64,000 nt of DNA, from contig NC_090349.1 of the NCBI RefSeq assembly GCF_035084215.1, positions 24,924,001-24,988,000 on the forward strand, given 5' to 3'. This DNA comes from Heptranchias perlo. Its lineage: Eukaryota. Positions 35,306 through 47,770 of the stretch are shown in pieces. The notes under the pieces were generated by a model that was not told the origin of the DNA, made no database searches, and saw only the letters and a list, made by a program, of their open reading frames with translations. A program made the translations under genes and the position numbers. How positions within the stretch are numbered: position 1 is the first letter of the stretch; every line of letters begins with the position of its first letter.

Positions 35306-37056
35306 ACGCCAAGTTTGGATTTAACCTTTGTGATTTTGGTGCTATCGGTGACACTTGATAACATGTCCTCTTCCTCGCTTCTTAAAAAGGTTGCAGCCTT
35401 AAAACATTTCACCTTAAATCGTTTAATCTTATTTTTCTCGTGTAATTAAAATATTTTTGTTTTTTTTCTTTGGTTACAACCAAAGCAAAATAGAATGTGA
35501 AATAAAATATAAGCATATTCTACTTGAAATAGCCAACTTTGCAAAGAAAATGACAAGTCATGCAAAAGTCATCAGAATAATGCTGGTGAGAGAGCCTAAA
35601 ATTCTTGTCATCTTCTCCCAATCCCTCTCATCCTTCCCCTTCAACCTCATTTCAGCCATCCCATATCCTGGCCACCACCATTACCCCAAAGTTTTCTGTA
35701 ACAAAAACCCCTCCTGCATGGAACTGCATGATCTTTATCAATTTCCCAGCATTGAGCTGGGAAAAAGGCAAGTTAGATTTCACTTATAATGTATTTTGTG
35801 CTGGGAAAGCAGTGAAGATAGGAAACAACTTCTGTTCCTATACCATTAATCTTGATGTTTCACTGCTCTACCTTTATCCTTGTCCACATCCTATTCTCCT
35901 TATCCTGAACTGGTTGGATAGCATATGATGAGCCACAAGGTAGAAAACTCTTGACCATGTTTTGCAGTTAGTAAGCAATTAGGTGACTGAAGAAATTCAT
36001 CTGCCTGCCTCAGCTGTTCCAGTTAAGTGAAACTCCATTTCACTGCTTATAGTTTGAGGTTATTTCTGCACATTGGAACTCTCAGCAAGCAACTCACACC
36101 AGATTTAAGAAGAATAAGCAAGCTACTTTGAGATCATGAGTAATCTGTAGGTGCCACTGCAATAGTCATTTTCCCCTGACAATTGTGTGTCCAGTCAGAG
36201 CATTACTACCACAAGAATACATGTGTCATGAAATCAAGTATTTATTTAGTAACACATCACTCTGTTTTCCCACTGAAAACAATTGGAGTGTCAAAGGCCA
36301 CAAAAATTGCATCTTGTCTTGGGAAGGAACGATTTCACCAATGAAATAGCATTGCTTTAGTGGAAGACAAAGATAAGAGATGCAACATCTACTGTCACAT
36401 GATCGTTCTGCCTGCAAAATATTTCTCATGCAAAAATAGCCAAGTTTGGCCTTCCTTAGCTGGACTCGAACGAATGGGCCAGGTTACCTTGTAGGAAATG
36501 TCTAAATTACCCATTTGATTTGTGTCTTTAGTCACATCACAAGGAGGTGTCTATTTTCATGTGACAACATCCATTTTTCAGAAATAATTTGAGAAGTGGA
36601 ATGGAATAAGCACATCATATTGATCATCAAAGCTTAATACTGGAAAGAACAGTAAGCACATAGCTAATCCAGGCATAACCGAGCCTCTGCTGCTATTTTG
36701 TCATGTCTAGTAGTTCCTAATCCCAACAAGTGATCCAGAGTTATTTCAAATTTAGTTATTCAGAAAGAGAAGGACTCATTGTTGACAGAAGAATTGAGGA
36801 AAACTAGAACAATAAATGTTGATAACAGGTATCCATACACATCTTCCTACACATTAGTAATTGATCTTCCTATCTGCAAAAGCTTACTTCCTGTAGTCAT
36901 GTTTTTGTTACTTTTATATCAATTTATTCCTATTATAAATTCCTATGTCTGCATTGATACTAGAAGCTGCCTATCTAAACTTGTCATGCTGTTTACTTGC
37001 CATGCTGTAATTACACCCTCCTGTCAATAACACTGTAGCACCTGTGTTTTGTGGTT

Positions 37057-37160
37057 TCATAGAATGGTTACAGCATGGAAGGAGGCCATTTGGCCCGTCG
37101 AGTCTGTGCCAGCTCTCTGCAAAAGCAATCCAGCTAGTCCCACTCCCCCGCCCTATCTCC
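37057..37160 (-). mobile_element. CR1 3' end fragment
   Basis: catagaatggttacagcatggaaggaggccatttggccc... Confidence 0.8.
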
Positions 37161-37489
37161 GGTTTGCTTTGGGTCCCATTTTCCCAGCTCCTCGGTCTTT
37201 ACTGCAGAGAAACTCTTAATTTTCAATTAACTTTACCTGTCTGCAATGTATGATGTTAAAATGGGGTCTGATTTATACCTGTGTGCCTTGGTCCAATTAT
37301 CCTGCACTTTGCCTTGATTCCTTTCTGTGCACTGCCACAGTAGATTGACTAGTATATTAAAAATCTTACATAGTCACACTTCCAGTCTAAAAACCTCATA
37401 TTGTCAGAATTTTCTGTCCTGCTGTTTTTGTCAACACTTAACATTGAAAATCACAATGTAAACATTTAGACGAGGAAAACCCTATTTAA

Positions 37490-37688
37490 CCCTGGAATGC
37501 GCTGTCTGAAAGGGTGGTGGAAGCAGATTTAATCATGGCTTTCAAAAAGGAATTGAATAAATACTTGAAGGGAAAAAATTGCAGGGCCACGGGGGAATGG
37601 GATTAACTGGATTGCTCTTACAAAGAGCCGGCATAGGCTCGATGGGCCAAATGGCCTCCTTTGTGCTGTAACCATTCTATGATTCTAA
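37490..37688 (+). mobile_element. CR1 3' end fragment
   Basis: tggaatgcgctgtctgaaagggtggtggaagcag...tggcctcc...ccattctatgattcta. Confidence 0.85.
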
Positions 37689-38599
37689 CCATGTAAATAC
37701 TTTCCCCATCTGTCCCAATATAGTTACAGGCCCCTTACCACTGTCAGTGTAAAAACACTAGTCTCTTCTGTCACTCACTAATCCACTACAAAAACTTGAA
37801 AACCTTTGCAACCTCTATATGTGTGTGTGTGTGTATATGTACATTTCTAGTTTGTATATTGTTAGCTACCTCAAAAAAAAATGGAAAATAACATCCTTCC
37901 TCAATGTAAACTGTTTTTGAATTTTAAAATTATTTGTAAGTTAGCCTCCCACTTCAGAATTCTTTCCACCATCTCCTGCACGGAACGAATGTGGCTCCAG
38001 TTTGACTTCCCTCCCCCACTAGTTCCATCTGCTCTGAACATGACGTAATTGTCTTAATTTATTTTTAATGCAAAGAGTTCCACTATGACTGTTGGACCTG
38101 GCCTGATGTGTTTTTGCTTTTCTGTTATGAAATCCCCATAGATAAATAGTACCTGTGAGAAGTTTCTTTACAATCAAGGTGGCTGTAAAATGACATGCCT
38201 GGCAATGAAGTTCAGAACTAAGTCAACCCTCTTGCAGACTTGGTAATCCAAAACTTGAATGAGACACTTTCCACAGCACTCCAGGACACTAATAATGACT
38301 GGCCAGCCATTCTGGTTCACTAATGAAACCTGAAGAGGTGGAACTGTCACTGAGAGATTAGGATTCTTCTTCTCATTTAGCTCAGCTAACTCAGCCTTAC
38401 CTGCTACAGCATTGGTTTGCAATGTCTCAATAGCCATTTGTGATAATGTTACATTATCCTAACCATATTGTGTGGAAAAAAATCTTCTCACTTCCCTCTT
38501 TATTTTTCTGGTGATAATCCTGAGTCTACACCCCTTTGTAAATGATTCACCAACTAGTGGAAACGATCTTTCATTACCCTCTTAAATTAGGTGGGCATT

Positions 38600-38835
38600 T
38601 TGTCTGACATTTCCTTTCCGTCCTGCAGTAAAGTATCAATGTATTGATGTTGGGTGTGGATTGGATTGGGCTCAGTTGTGCTGTTCCCCACAATCCAAAA
38701 ACCTGCGATACTGCTTGGGAGCAGGTGAAGATACTCACATATAAAGAATGACTACTTGGATGAGGTATTATAGGGCTACTGGCATTGGTGGAACTGTACC
38801 CCAGTATAATTCAATGCCTTCAGGAAAGAAGTTGA
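38600..38835 (+). mobile_element. LmeSINE1-like SINE, 3' part
   Basis: gatgttgggtgtggattggattgggctcagttgtg...ctcacatataaagaatgactacttggatgaggta. Confidence 0.5.
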
Positions 38836-38904
38836 GGAAATTAATTTTTTTTTTAAAAATGTAAATGATTAAAAATGTATTTTTTAAAATTGCTGTTAAC
38901 TGGG

Positions 38905-39248
38905 TACAGTAACAAACTGGTTATGTTACTGGACTGGTAATCTAGAGGCTTGGACTAATAATCTAGAGAACATGAGTAGAAATTCCACCATGGCAGTTTG
39001 AGAATTTGAATTCAGTTTCAAAAAATCTGGAAATGAAAAACTGGTATCAGGTTTCTATGGTCACTTACTAACAGGTTCACTAATGTCCTTTAGGGAAATA
39101 AACCTACTTCTTCAGTCCCATACCAAGGTGGTTGACTCTTAACTGTTCTCTCAAGTGGCCTAGCATGCCACTCAGTTAAGGGCAACCAGGGATGGACAAT
39201 AAATGCCAGCTTTGCCAGCGACAGCCACATCCCAAGAATAAAAAAAAA
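38905..39248 (+). mobile_element. tRNA-derived SINE with a CR1-clade tail
   Basis: tRNA-like head (ggttatgttactggactggtaatctagagg); 3' end gggatggacaataaatgccagctttgccagcgacagccacatccca plus an A-tail. Confidence 0.65.
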
Positions 39249-40314
39249 GCCAAGCTCAACATTAAAAATCCATATCACAGTACCACCTACTGTCATAACT
39301 TGTATTGCAAGTAAATGTGTACACTTTAATAATGGTATTTTTCACAGGACCAATTTGACATAGTTTTTAATGCATTTTGAAATGGAATATTATGACCCAC
39401 TTTTTAATATATAATAGATATTTTGGCTGGGATTGAGCTAAATAAAAGATGGAATGGTATAAGCAGTCTTTGTTCATCTGATGTACAAAGAGCCATTTTT
39501 TAAAAATTGCATTCTGAAAGAGGATGTGATCTATAACAAGGATGTAAATTAATGGAAGGCCAATAGGAGACCATCTGATATGTACGATTGGAGGCATCCT
39601 CTTATTGGATTACATATATACTATATATTTTTTAATGTATTCTTTCTATCAAACCCTTCACTGACACTGCTTAATAAATGTTAATTTATCATTAAATATT
39701 TAATTGCGTCATGGGTGCTAAAGTGAGGACTTGTTTGAAGTCTTCAATTAATGTAGAAAGATTGAAATTGTCCTTATTAAAACAGTTTGTGAGCTGTATT
39801 GCCCTTAATTTTAATCCAGTTTATTTTAATTTTACTGATTTTGTTCTTGGCCATATTACCTTCCATGGTGGATGATAAAAGGTTCACACCAGTCACATCA
39901 ATAACTGACTGACCAGTTTCAAAACCGATCGTGACAATTTATTCAGGAGATAATGATACAAAATCACAAATGATTAAAGACGCCCATTCAAAACTAGATG
40001 CTTAAATTCTTACTAGAACCATCAGGTATAATTTCAGGCCTAGAAAGCTTCTTGGTGCATGAAAATATAAATTATATTTTTCAGTGTAAGTGCTTACAAT
40101 TAGAGTCAGAGGGTACCTTTCTGTGCAGAGAGGATTCAATATGTAAAGCACTCCCATGTTACAAATAAGGACCGACTCGTTCTTGTTCACATCAAATCTT
40201 GTTTATGGATGAACTTATCCTGAGGTATGGTTAAGTGTACAAGGTGCCAACATTATGCCTAAATGTGTTAATCGCTTTAGGCTTCATGTGGTTAACAGTG
40301 AATTTATAATCTAT

Positions 40315-41639
40315 GGGTTGAAGTTTCCTCCATGTGCGCAGCCTGGAAGTTAGACTTGCAAATGCACCCAATGTTGCGCCCATTTTGACAATGTCAAGTT
40401 ACGCCAAGTAGCCTCCCAATCTCAAGAGAATACGTAAATCAGTGGAAATCAGCGTAAACAATCGGGGCCCACGAAAAGCATGGAATCCACACCATGTATT
40501 TCTTCTTTATGAAAATTTAAGTTTCAACCCATTTAACCATAATTCATGCAAGTCAGATACAGTGGGGTAGAGTTTCAGCTTGATTGCTCTGCTTTTATCA
40601 GCGCAATCCAGCCGAATCAACACAAAAGATCGCGGAATTTCAATTTACAGTGGGCATATTTATGGCCAGTTTAATTTGAATTTCTGCAATCTTTTGTGCA
40701 GGTTCAAAAATCATTTCGCTGAAGCCGGCCCCACCCACAAAACTGGCCACACCCGAGTTTCTGCTGATTGTGACCGTTCAAGGAGGGTCTTCAAATTAAG
40801 CTAGTTTCCTTAGGCACAAAGGCACTAAATAGGCACGTTTTAAATGTTTTTGCATATTAAAAAATATTTAATTTACTAAGAAACTGACTAGTGTACAGCA
40901 ATGAAAATAATAAATGGTTCAGTATAGTTTTTAAAAATCATTTTCAGTGATTTAAAATCAGGTATCACAGGTAGAAGACTAGACACTTATTAAAAATGCT
41001 TATTTTTTTGTGATAAACCCATTTTCAGCTGTATTAATAAAACTGCACCAGGTTACCACTCTTAAATGCAATATTTTTTAATGCAAAAAAAATGATTGCA
41101 CTCAATTAAACTGCTGAATTGCACCGATTCATGGAAGATTTTACGTTTGTGATTATGCAAATATATTTTAGTGGAAACACGGACGGTAACCCAGCCCAGC
41201 ATGATTTCCTGGCTCAATTTGAGCCCAATTGCCGATTGTGCCCAAAGCGGAAACTCTTGGCCAGTCTGTTTAAGAATCTGCAACTGGAGAAGCTTTTAAA
41301 TTTTTTATGTAACTTAAGTCATAAAAATGTATTAAAATAAACAAAATACAGAGCAGGTCTCTGAAGATAATTTTTTTTTAAACCTCAAAAAAATTGCAAT
41401 TAAACGCCAGAATACTAACTTCCTTTCCTATTGTGCAGGAAAATCTGGTCCCAATGTGAAGCCTCCGAATAAGCGCAATTGGAGCATACTCACATGTGCG
41501 GATTGGGGGCGTGGCCAGTTTTGTGCGCAGAGATTGGTTCAGACCAAGGCTTTGATGGACTGAAGTAAAAGATCGAGGAGATTTGCGTGTGTTGTAGTTA
41601 CATGCACTCTGGTCGCAAATGCGGAGGAAACTGCAGGCC
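40315..41639. mobile_element. non-autonomous DNA transposon (outer element)
   Basis: TIRs GGGTTGAAGTTTCCTCC and GGAGGAAACTGCAGGCC. Confidence 0.65.
40564..41262. mobile_element. nested Harbinger-like MITE
   Basis: TIRs GGGGTAGAGTTTCAGC and GCGGAAACTCTTGGCC; 3-bp TSD AGT at 40561-40563 and 41263-41265. Confidence 0.72.
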
Positions 41640-42689
41640 GAATATGGTAATATTAAATCCCCATAGTAAACAGTTTCCACTTTACTTGGGTCAAGATCAC
41701 GCTAATTCATTTGTGCAATTTAAACCACTAATAATATTGACTTTGTAATGTATATGGTATTAGCACGTGAACAAAATGAATTAGGTATGAATGTGGCAAA
41801 TGAGTACGGCCTTGCAAAACTGATTTATTTATGAGAACGTCGCCGCTGGGCTTTTATTTCTCATTACGTATGTGGTAAGATCAGAAAAACGTACAGGACT
41901 TGTTACACTGCTTGCTTTCATTTTGCAATACGTGTCGCAGGCTTATTTTTATATTGCTGCATTAGACAACTGGAATTCTATCCGATTTTACACACTAAGT
42001 TTGTCCCAAACAAATTTTCATTATATTATGTTTCATTCCCAACTCCAATAAAAATAAAACTTCCCCTACATTGTGATATGAATATTAGTTAGGTCAAAAT
42101 GAGTCTTAAGGCACACAAAAGAGGGAATGTTTTAGAGAGTTGTGGCATTTATAGGGATGAATCATAGTCCTGGCTCTGAGTGAGAAAGATGATCTAACTC
42201 CAACTTGAGTTATGGACAGTCGGATTGCCAGAGATGTGTGTTCCCTGGCCTACTATGCCTTTCCAGGATGACCACATCAGCCACAACCAGAGCTTCTGAA
42301 CCGCTGTCGGATTACTATTAGGACAGGTGGTGACGTCCGCTACATTCAGATGGAGAAGAAAGGGAGTTACGCCGGACAATAACATAACTACTGTATTCCC
42401 ATGAAAATATTTTCCCAATCTTTTCTTTCCTGTTTCCCTAATTTTTAAGACATTTTACATTCACCATCTATTCGTTACTGAAAGTCAATTAAAAATATCA
42501 ATACTAGGAACAACACTGTTAATAATAGTTAAACAAATAGTAGATTAGAACAACAATTTGTTCGATTGTCCGATATAAAGAGCAGTTATAACACGAGATT
42601 TCAAACTTTCTTATTGGATGGACGTTTTGTGCAGGCCTAAGAATGATCTTTGATACTTTCAGAAATCTGTGGCTCGAATGACCCTCGAG

Positions 42690-44640
42690 CCCACCCAATG
42701 TCCCACCTTCCGGGTACCTATGCCCCACTGCCTGGGTACCCACGTACCAATGCTTACCCAACATCCATTACCTACTCCCCTAAGGGCCAAATCCTGCCTC
42801 TTTACCCAGTTCTCATATCCTGCACTTGATTCACTCAGTGCTCACAACCACCTATGACGTTACTCAAAGCCCTTGCTCTGACATTACCTGTTCCCTCTTG
42901 CCTCCTACCATCTTCCCTTTACCCAATGCACATGCTTTGCTGTTACCCATTCCTTCCTGTGCCCTGCCGCTGTTCTCTTTACCAAGCACCTATACTCTGC
43001 CTTTACCTATCCACTTTAGACCCTTTACCCAGTGCCCATACTCTGCCTTTCCCCATGCCCCCCACAACCTTTACCCAGTGCCCACATTCCGCCTTTCCCT
43101 ATGTTCCACATTCCTATTACCCAGTGCCCATACTCTGCCTTTCTGCATGTACATCACTTCCTTTACTCAATGTCCACACTCCCTTTGCCCAGTCCCCATA
43201 CTCCCTTTGCCCAGTCCCCACACTCCCTTTGTCCAGTGTCCGTACTGTACCGTGCTGCATGCTCTTCACTTCCTTTACCCAGTGTCCACATTTCCTTTAC
43301 CCTGAGTCCATACTCCATTTACATACTATCCGTACTGTACCTTTCTGCATGCTCTTCACTCCCTTTATCCAAAGTCCACGCTCCCTTTGCCCAGTCTGCA
43401 CGCTCCCTGTACCCCGTCTCCACATTCCCTTTGCCTGGTCTCCACACTCCCATTACGCAATTTCCAAGCTCCCTTCACCAAGTGTCCACACTCCCTTTGC
43501 TCAGTCCCTACGCTCCCTTTGCCCGGTCGCCACACTCCCTTTGCCCAGTCTCCACACTCCCTTTGCCCAGTCTCCACACTCCCTGTACCCATTCTCCACA
43601 CTCCCTTTGGTCAGTCTCCATGCACCCTTTGCCCAGTCTCCTCACTCCCTTTGCCCAGTCTCCACGCTCCCTGTCCCCATTCTCCACACTCCCTTTGCTC
43701 AGTCTCTATGCACCCTTTGCCCAGTCTCCTCACTCCCTTTACCCAATTTCCAAGCTCCCTTCGCCAAGTGTCCACAATCCCTTTGCCCGGTCTCCACGCT
43801 CCCCTTGCCCGGTCTCCACGCTCCCCTTGCCCGGTCTCCACGCTCCCCTTGCCCGGTCTCTACGCTCCCCTTGCCCGGTCTCCACGCTCCCCTTGCCCGG
43901 TCTCCACGCTCCCCTTGCCCGGTCTCCACGCTCCCCTTGCCCGGTCTCCACGCTCCCCTTGCCCGGTCTCCACGCTCCCCTTGCCCGGTCTCCACGCTCC
44001 CCTTGCCCGGTCTCCACGCTCCCCTTGCCCGGTCTCCACGCTCCCCTTGCCCAGTGTCCACGCTCCCTTTGCCCAGTCTCCACGCTCCCTTTGCCCAGTC
44101 TCCACGCTCCCTTCACCCAATTTCCTCGCTCCCTTTGCTTGGTCTCCTCGCTCCCTTTGCCCGGTCTCCTCGCTCCCTTTGCCCGGTCTCCACGCTCCCT
44201 GTGCTCGGTCTCCACGCTCCCTTTGCCCGGTCTCCACGCTCCCTTTGCTCGGTCTCCACGCTCCCTTTGCCCGGTCTCCACGCTCCCTTTGCCCGGTCTC
44301 CACGCTCCCTTTGCCCGGTCTCCACGCTCCCTTTGCCCGGTCTCCACGCTCCCTTTGCTCGGTCTCCACGCTCCCTTTGCCCAATTTCCAAGCTCCCTTT
44401 GCCAAGTGTCCACACTCCCTTTGCCCAATGTCCACACTCCCTTTGCCCAGTGTCCATACTCCCTTTGCTCGCTCCCTTCACCCAATTTCCTCGCTCCCTT
44501 TGCCCGGTCTCCTCGCTCCCTTTGCCCGGTCTCCTCGCTCCCTTTGCCCGGTCTCCTCGCTCCCTTTGCCCGGACTCCTCGCTCCCTTTGCCCGGACTCC
44601 TCGCTCCCTTTGCCCGGACTCCACGCTCCCTTTGCCCGGT
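42690..44640. repeat. 22-bp minisatellite (CTCCACGCTCCCYTTGCCCGGT)n, roughly 85-90 unit lengths
   Basis: Near-perfect units at 43790-44050 and 44160-44380, degenerating leftward; the 22-aa periodic ORFs in every frame reflect the 22-nt period. Confidence 0.97.
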
Positions 44641-45130
44641 TACTCGAGCCGTGCCCTGTCAGCCGCCCACTTGGTCCTGAGCCTCCCTGTGTGGGAGGAG
44701 GTGCATGACGTCACTCGGCGCGGCCGGTTCAGGGAGCGCGGAGCGGGCGGGAGAGGAGCCGGGGACAAAGTTACCGCAACTCGAGGTGAGTTTTACCCAG
44801 AGCCTTTCGAAGGAGAGGCCTCATTTACCGTCTTTATCGTGGATCAGAAACCAGCCGGGGCGCTTTCGAATGGGGTGCGGGGGACTGGGACTGTGCTGGG
44901 CCTCGGGTCGCTGTCTAGGCCTTTAAGGAAAGGAACCGTGGATGGAAACTCAAAATATCGTCAGCTGTTCGTCTTCAGACCGGGTAACAATGTTAATGTT
45001 TTAATGTGAGCTTTGAAAATGTGAGTGAATAGTTCGGGCGAACCGGCTGAAGGATCGGCTCCCACACCCAGACCTGATTACGTTTCCCTTTTTGGGTTGA
45101 AGCACCCACGACCGCTTCCAAGTAACCAAA
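44640..45130 (+). promoter_or_regulatory. CpG-island promoter of a downstream + strand gene
   Basis: Perfect CRE TGACGTCA at 44706-44713, GC box GGGCGG at ~44744, high CpG density. Confidence 0.75.
44715..44785 (+). other. probable non-coding first exon (start approximate); candidate CLIP1 by recalled RSRC2-ZCCHC8-CLIP1 synteny
   Basis: Consensus donor GAG|GTGAGT at 44786 within the CpG island; no further coding exon recognised up to 64000, consistent with a long first intron. Gene identity is inference only. Confidence 0.5.
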
Positions 45131-46149
45131 CTGCCTTCTCAGTACCTTTTTCAGTGGTCGCTTTCTCCAGTTATTTGTAGACATTTGTTTTTTGGGATGG
45201 ATTTTTAAAGTAGATACTTATTTGCTGTTTATCTGAAGTCGTTTTGTCTGTCAGATGACATGGGAATATGCCACCTCACACAAGGTTCATTTTACTACAG
45301 TTCCTGTCGGCTTCTGCTCTGTTATTTTTCTTAAGCTTTCGAAATTCATAAAATAATGATTGAATCCGCTGTAAACTATGATTCAAACCATATCTACAAA
45401 ATCAAAGATTAAGTTGCATATCCAAGCTGCATTGTGTATATATCTCAGACAGTTTAATTCTTTTGGCATTTCTAAATATGTGTGCCTTACTTAAATTATT
45501 TAAATCAGATTTATTTTAAGATCGCATAATATAGAAGGTAAGTTGATTAATAGATAACAAACACATGGTCCATGTGATCTCCTGGACTGGTTTTGACCAG
45601 CTGGTCTTTTCCTGCCCGTCATTTCGTAGGTCAGTTTTCAAAGGTCAGTTTTGGACTGTTTACAGCTGCAGGTTTCCTCAAGTTACTGTATTACTGGCCA
45701 GTTAATTCTTTTTTTAAAAATCCACATGTGCAGAGATATTGTGAGTCAATGGGATTCTACAAAATTATCAGGATTATTTTCTGATAATCAGTAGAAACTT
45801 TTATCAGACTCTGTTATAAAATAAAATCACAATTTTTAAAAGTGAGTATGACTTTAGAATGACAGTCACAATTTTAAGCTTTAAAAACAAGGCAAAACAG
45901 AGACTCTTGTGGTGAGAATGGCACAACAGGTTATTCCCATGGAAATCCTAAATTGGTGTGTGTGTGTTTTGGAGCTGCCAAGTGGAAGGACCAGTAAAAA
46001 CAAGTTTTAATTTACACTGTCTTCATATATATGCTAGCAATGTGGAAATGACATGGGTTTGCAATGAATGGCTGTCATCTTTTCTAAGATGGTACAAGGT
46101 ATGGGGAGAACATCTAGATGAGTAGCCTTTTATGTAAAAGAGACTGCAA

Positions 46150-47770
46150 TTATAACTGAGATGGATAGATCTGATCTGGGTATAGGTAAGATTGAAACTC
46201 TATAGGAAAGACACATGAGGGGAAACTAGCTATGGACATGTCAGGAGGAGGGATTTGAAAGAAATAAAAACCTTGCATTTATATAGTGTCTTTCACGACC
46301 TCTGGATGTCCCAAAGCCCTTTACAGTCAATGAAGGACTTCTGAAGTGTAGTCACTGTTTAATGTAGGCATTGACCAAAATTTGTAGTCAAATAACAGAT
46401 GCAGTTGGCAAGGGTGATTTCAGTCTACCAGGGATACATTAGGAAATCTATAAAGGAGTGAAAACATGATCTTGTACACCAAATATGGAACCGTTGATCA
46501 AAGATCTCACATGAGAGGGTTGCTTTTGGATCTGATATTAAGTACCAATGAAAAGATGGAAGAGTAGATCAGAGGCAGAACACCTTGGTAACAGTGGCCA
46601 CAATATGGTGGAGTTTTAAGTGCTTATAGTGGAAAAGAGAATGAATGCAGTAGAAATATTAAACTTTGGAAAGGCAGATTATGAAAGGTGAGCTAAGGAA
46701 ATTGGACAGCACCATTGCGGGGGAGGGGGAATTGTGAAAAAAAGGCAGATCATGTTTAGAAATAATATACACAGAGTACAAAACAGATATACCATGAGGG
46801 AAGCAGGATAATAAGGAAAATGCCAATGTGGGAAACAATGGAAGCAAGTAGGAAAAAGGGGCAACAAACAAAATTACAGGTGGCAAGATGGACTGGGATG
46901 AATATAAAAACAAGGTAAAGGAGGTTAATAAACAGGTCAGGAGAATTAAGATAAGAGGTTAGGTTGGCAGGGAGTATTAAAAGAAATGTTAAGCATTTCT
47001 ATAAATATTTTCACAGGTAAACAAGGAAATAGTGAGGGCATTGAAAGGCTCCAAAGGTGACATGATATTAAGTGACTAAGGTACAGCAAGCATTCTAAAT
47101 GAATTATTTTCTGTGTTCATGGCAGAGACTGGGGCAGTCTCCCCACATGGAAGTTGAATTGCCGGGTTGGGGGCATGGTGAAGAAGTACTAATAGAAATG
47201 TTAAATAAGGTAGTCAGTGATAGGTTGAGAAAGTTAAAGGAAGACAATATAAACTTAGATAGTTATGTTATGGTACCAGGAAATCAGCATAGATTTATGG
47301 GGGTGGGGTCTTGCCTAACTAACTTACTACATTTCTTTGAGTAAATGATGGCCCTTGTTGACCATGGAAATTCTATGATTGTGATATATTTAGATTTCAG
47401 CAAATCTTTTGATACTGTACCACGCAAACAACTATTCCACAAGATAGGAAGACATGGAATAGGAGCCAAGCTTCTGAACTAAAATGAAACCAGTTAAAGC
47501 AAAGGGTAATTGACATGGCAAGGGGTCCATGGCAGGCTGCTGAAGAGATCTGTACTAGGGGCCATTGCTGTTCACAATGTATATACATGATTAGCAGATG
47601 GGGACAGAAACAAAGCTGTCTTAAGTTTGCAGATGACACTAAATGGAGGGAGGCGGTTCAAAAATATGAAAGATAAACTGAAGGCAGAGAAATCTGGATA
47701 GTTTTGGAAGATGGGCTGAGTGGCAAATGACGTTTCATATGCAAGGTAATGAGACTAGAAAGGGAAATAG
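46150..47770 (+). mobile_element. highly degenerate CR1 LINE (with a Deu-SINE tail inserted at ~46270-46370, - strand)
   Basis: Remnants: cagcatagattt...tcttgcctaactaacttactacatttctttga, atatatttagatttcag, aagtttgcagatgacactaaa (KFADDTK). Confidence 0.7.

Noticed and set aside
43790-44640. CRISPR-like array
   Set aside because: Units are head-to-tail with no unique spacers, there are no cas genes, and the context is eukaryotic.
42826-45009. Long ORFs (608, 558 and 540 aa on +, several on -) suggesting a Pro/Cys-rich or keratin-associated-like protein
   Set aside because: The 22-nt stop-free unit produces the same 22-aa periodic peptide in all frames; this is a minisatellite artefact with no splice or domain evidence.
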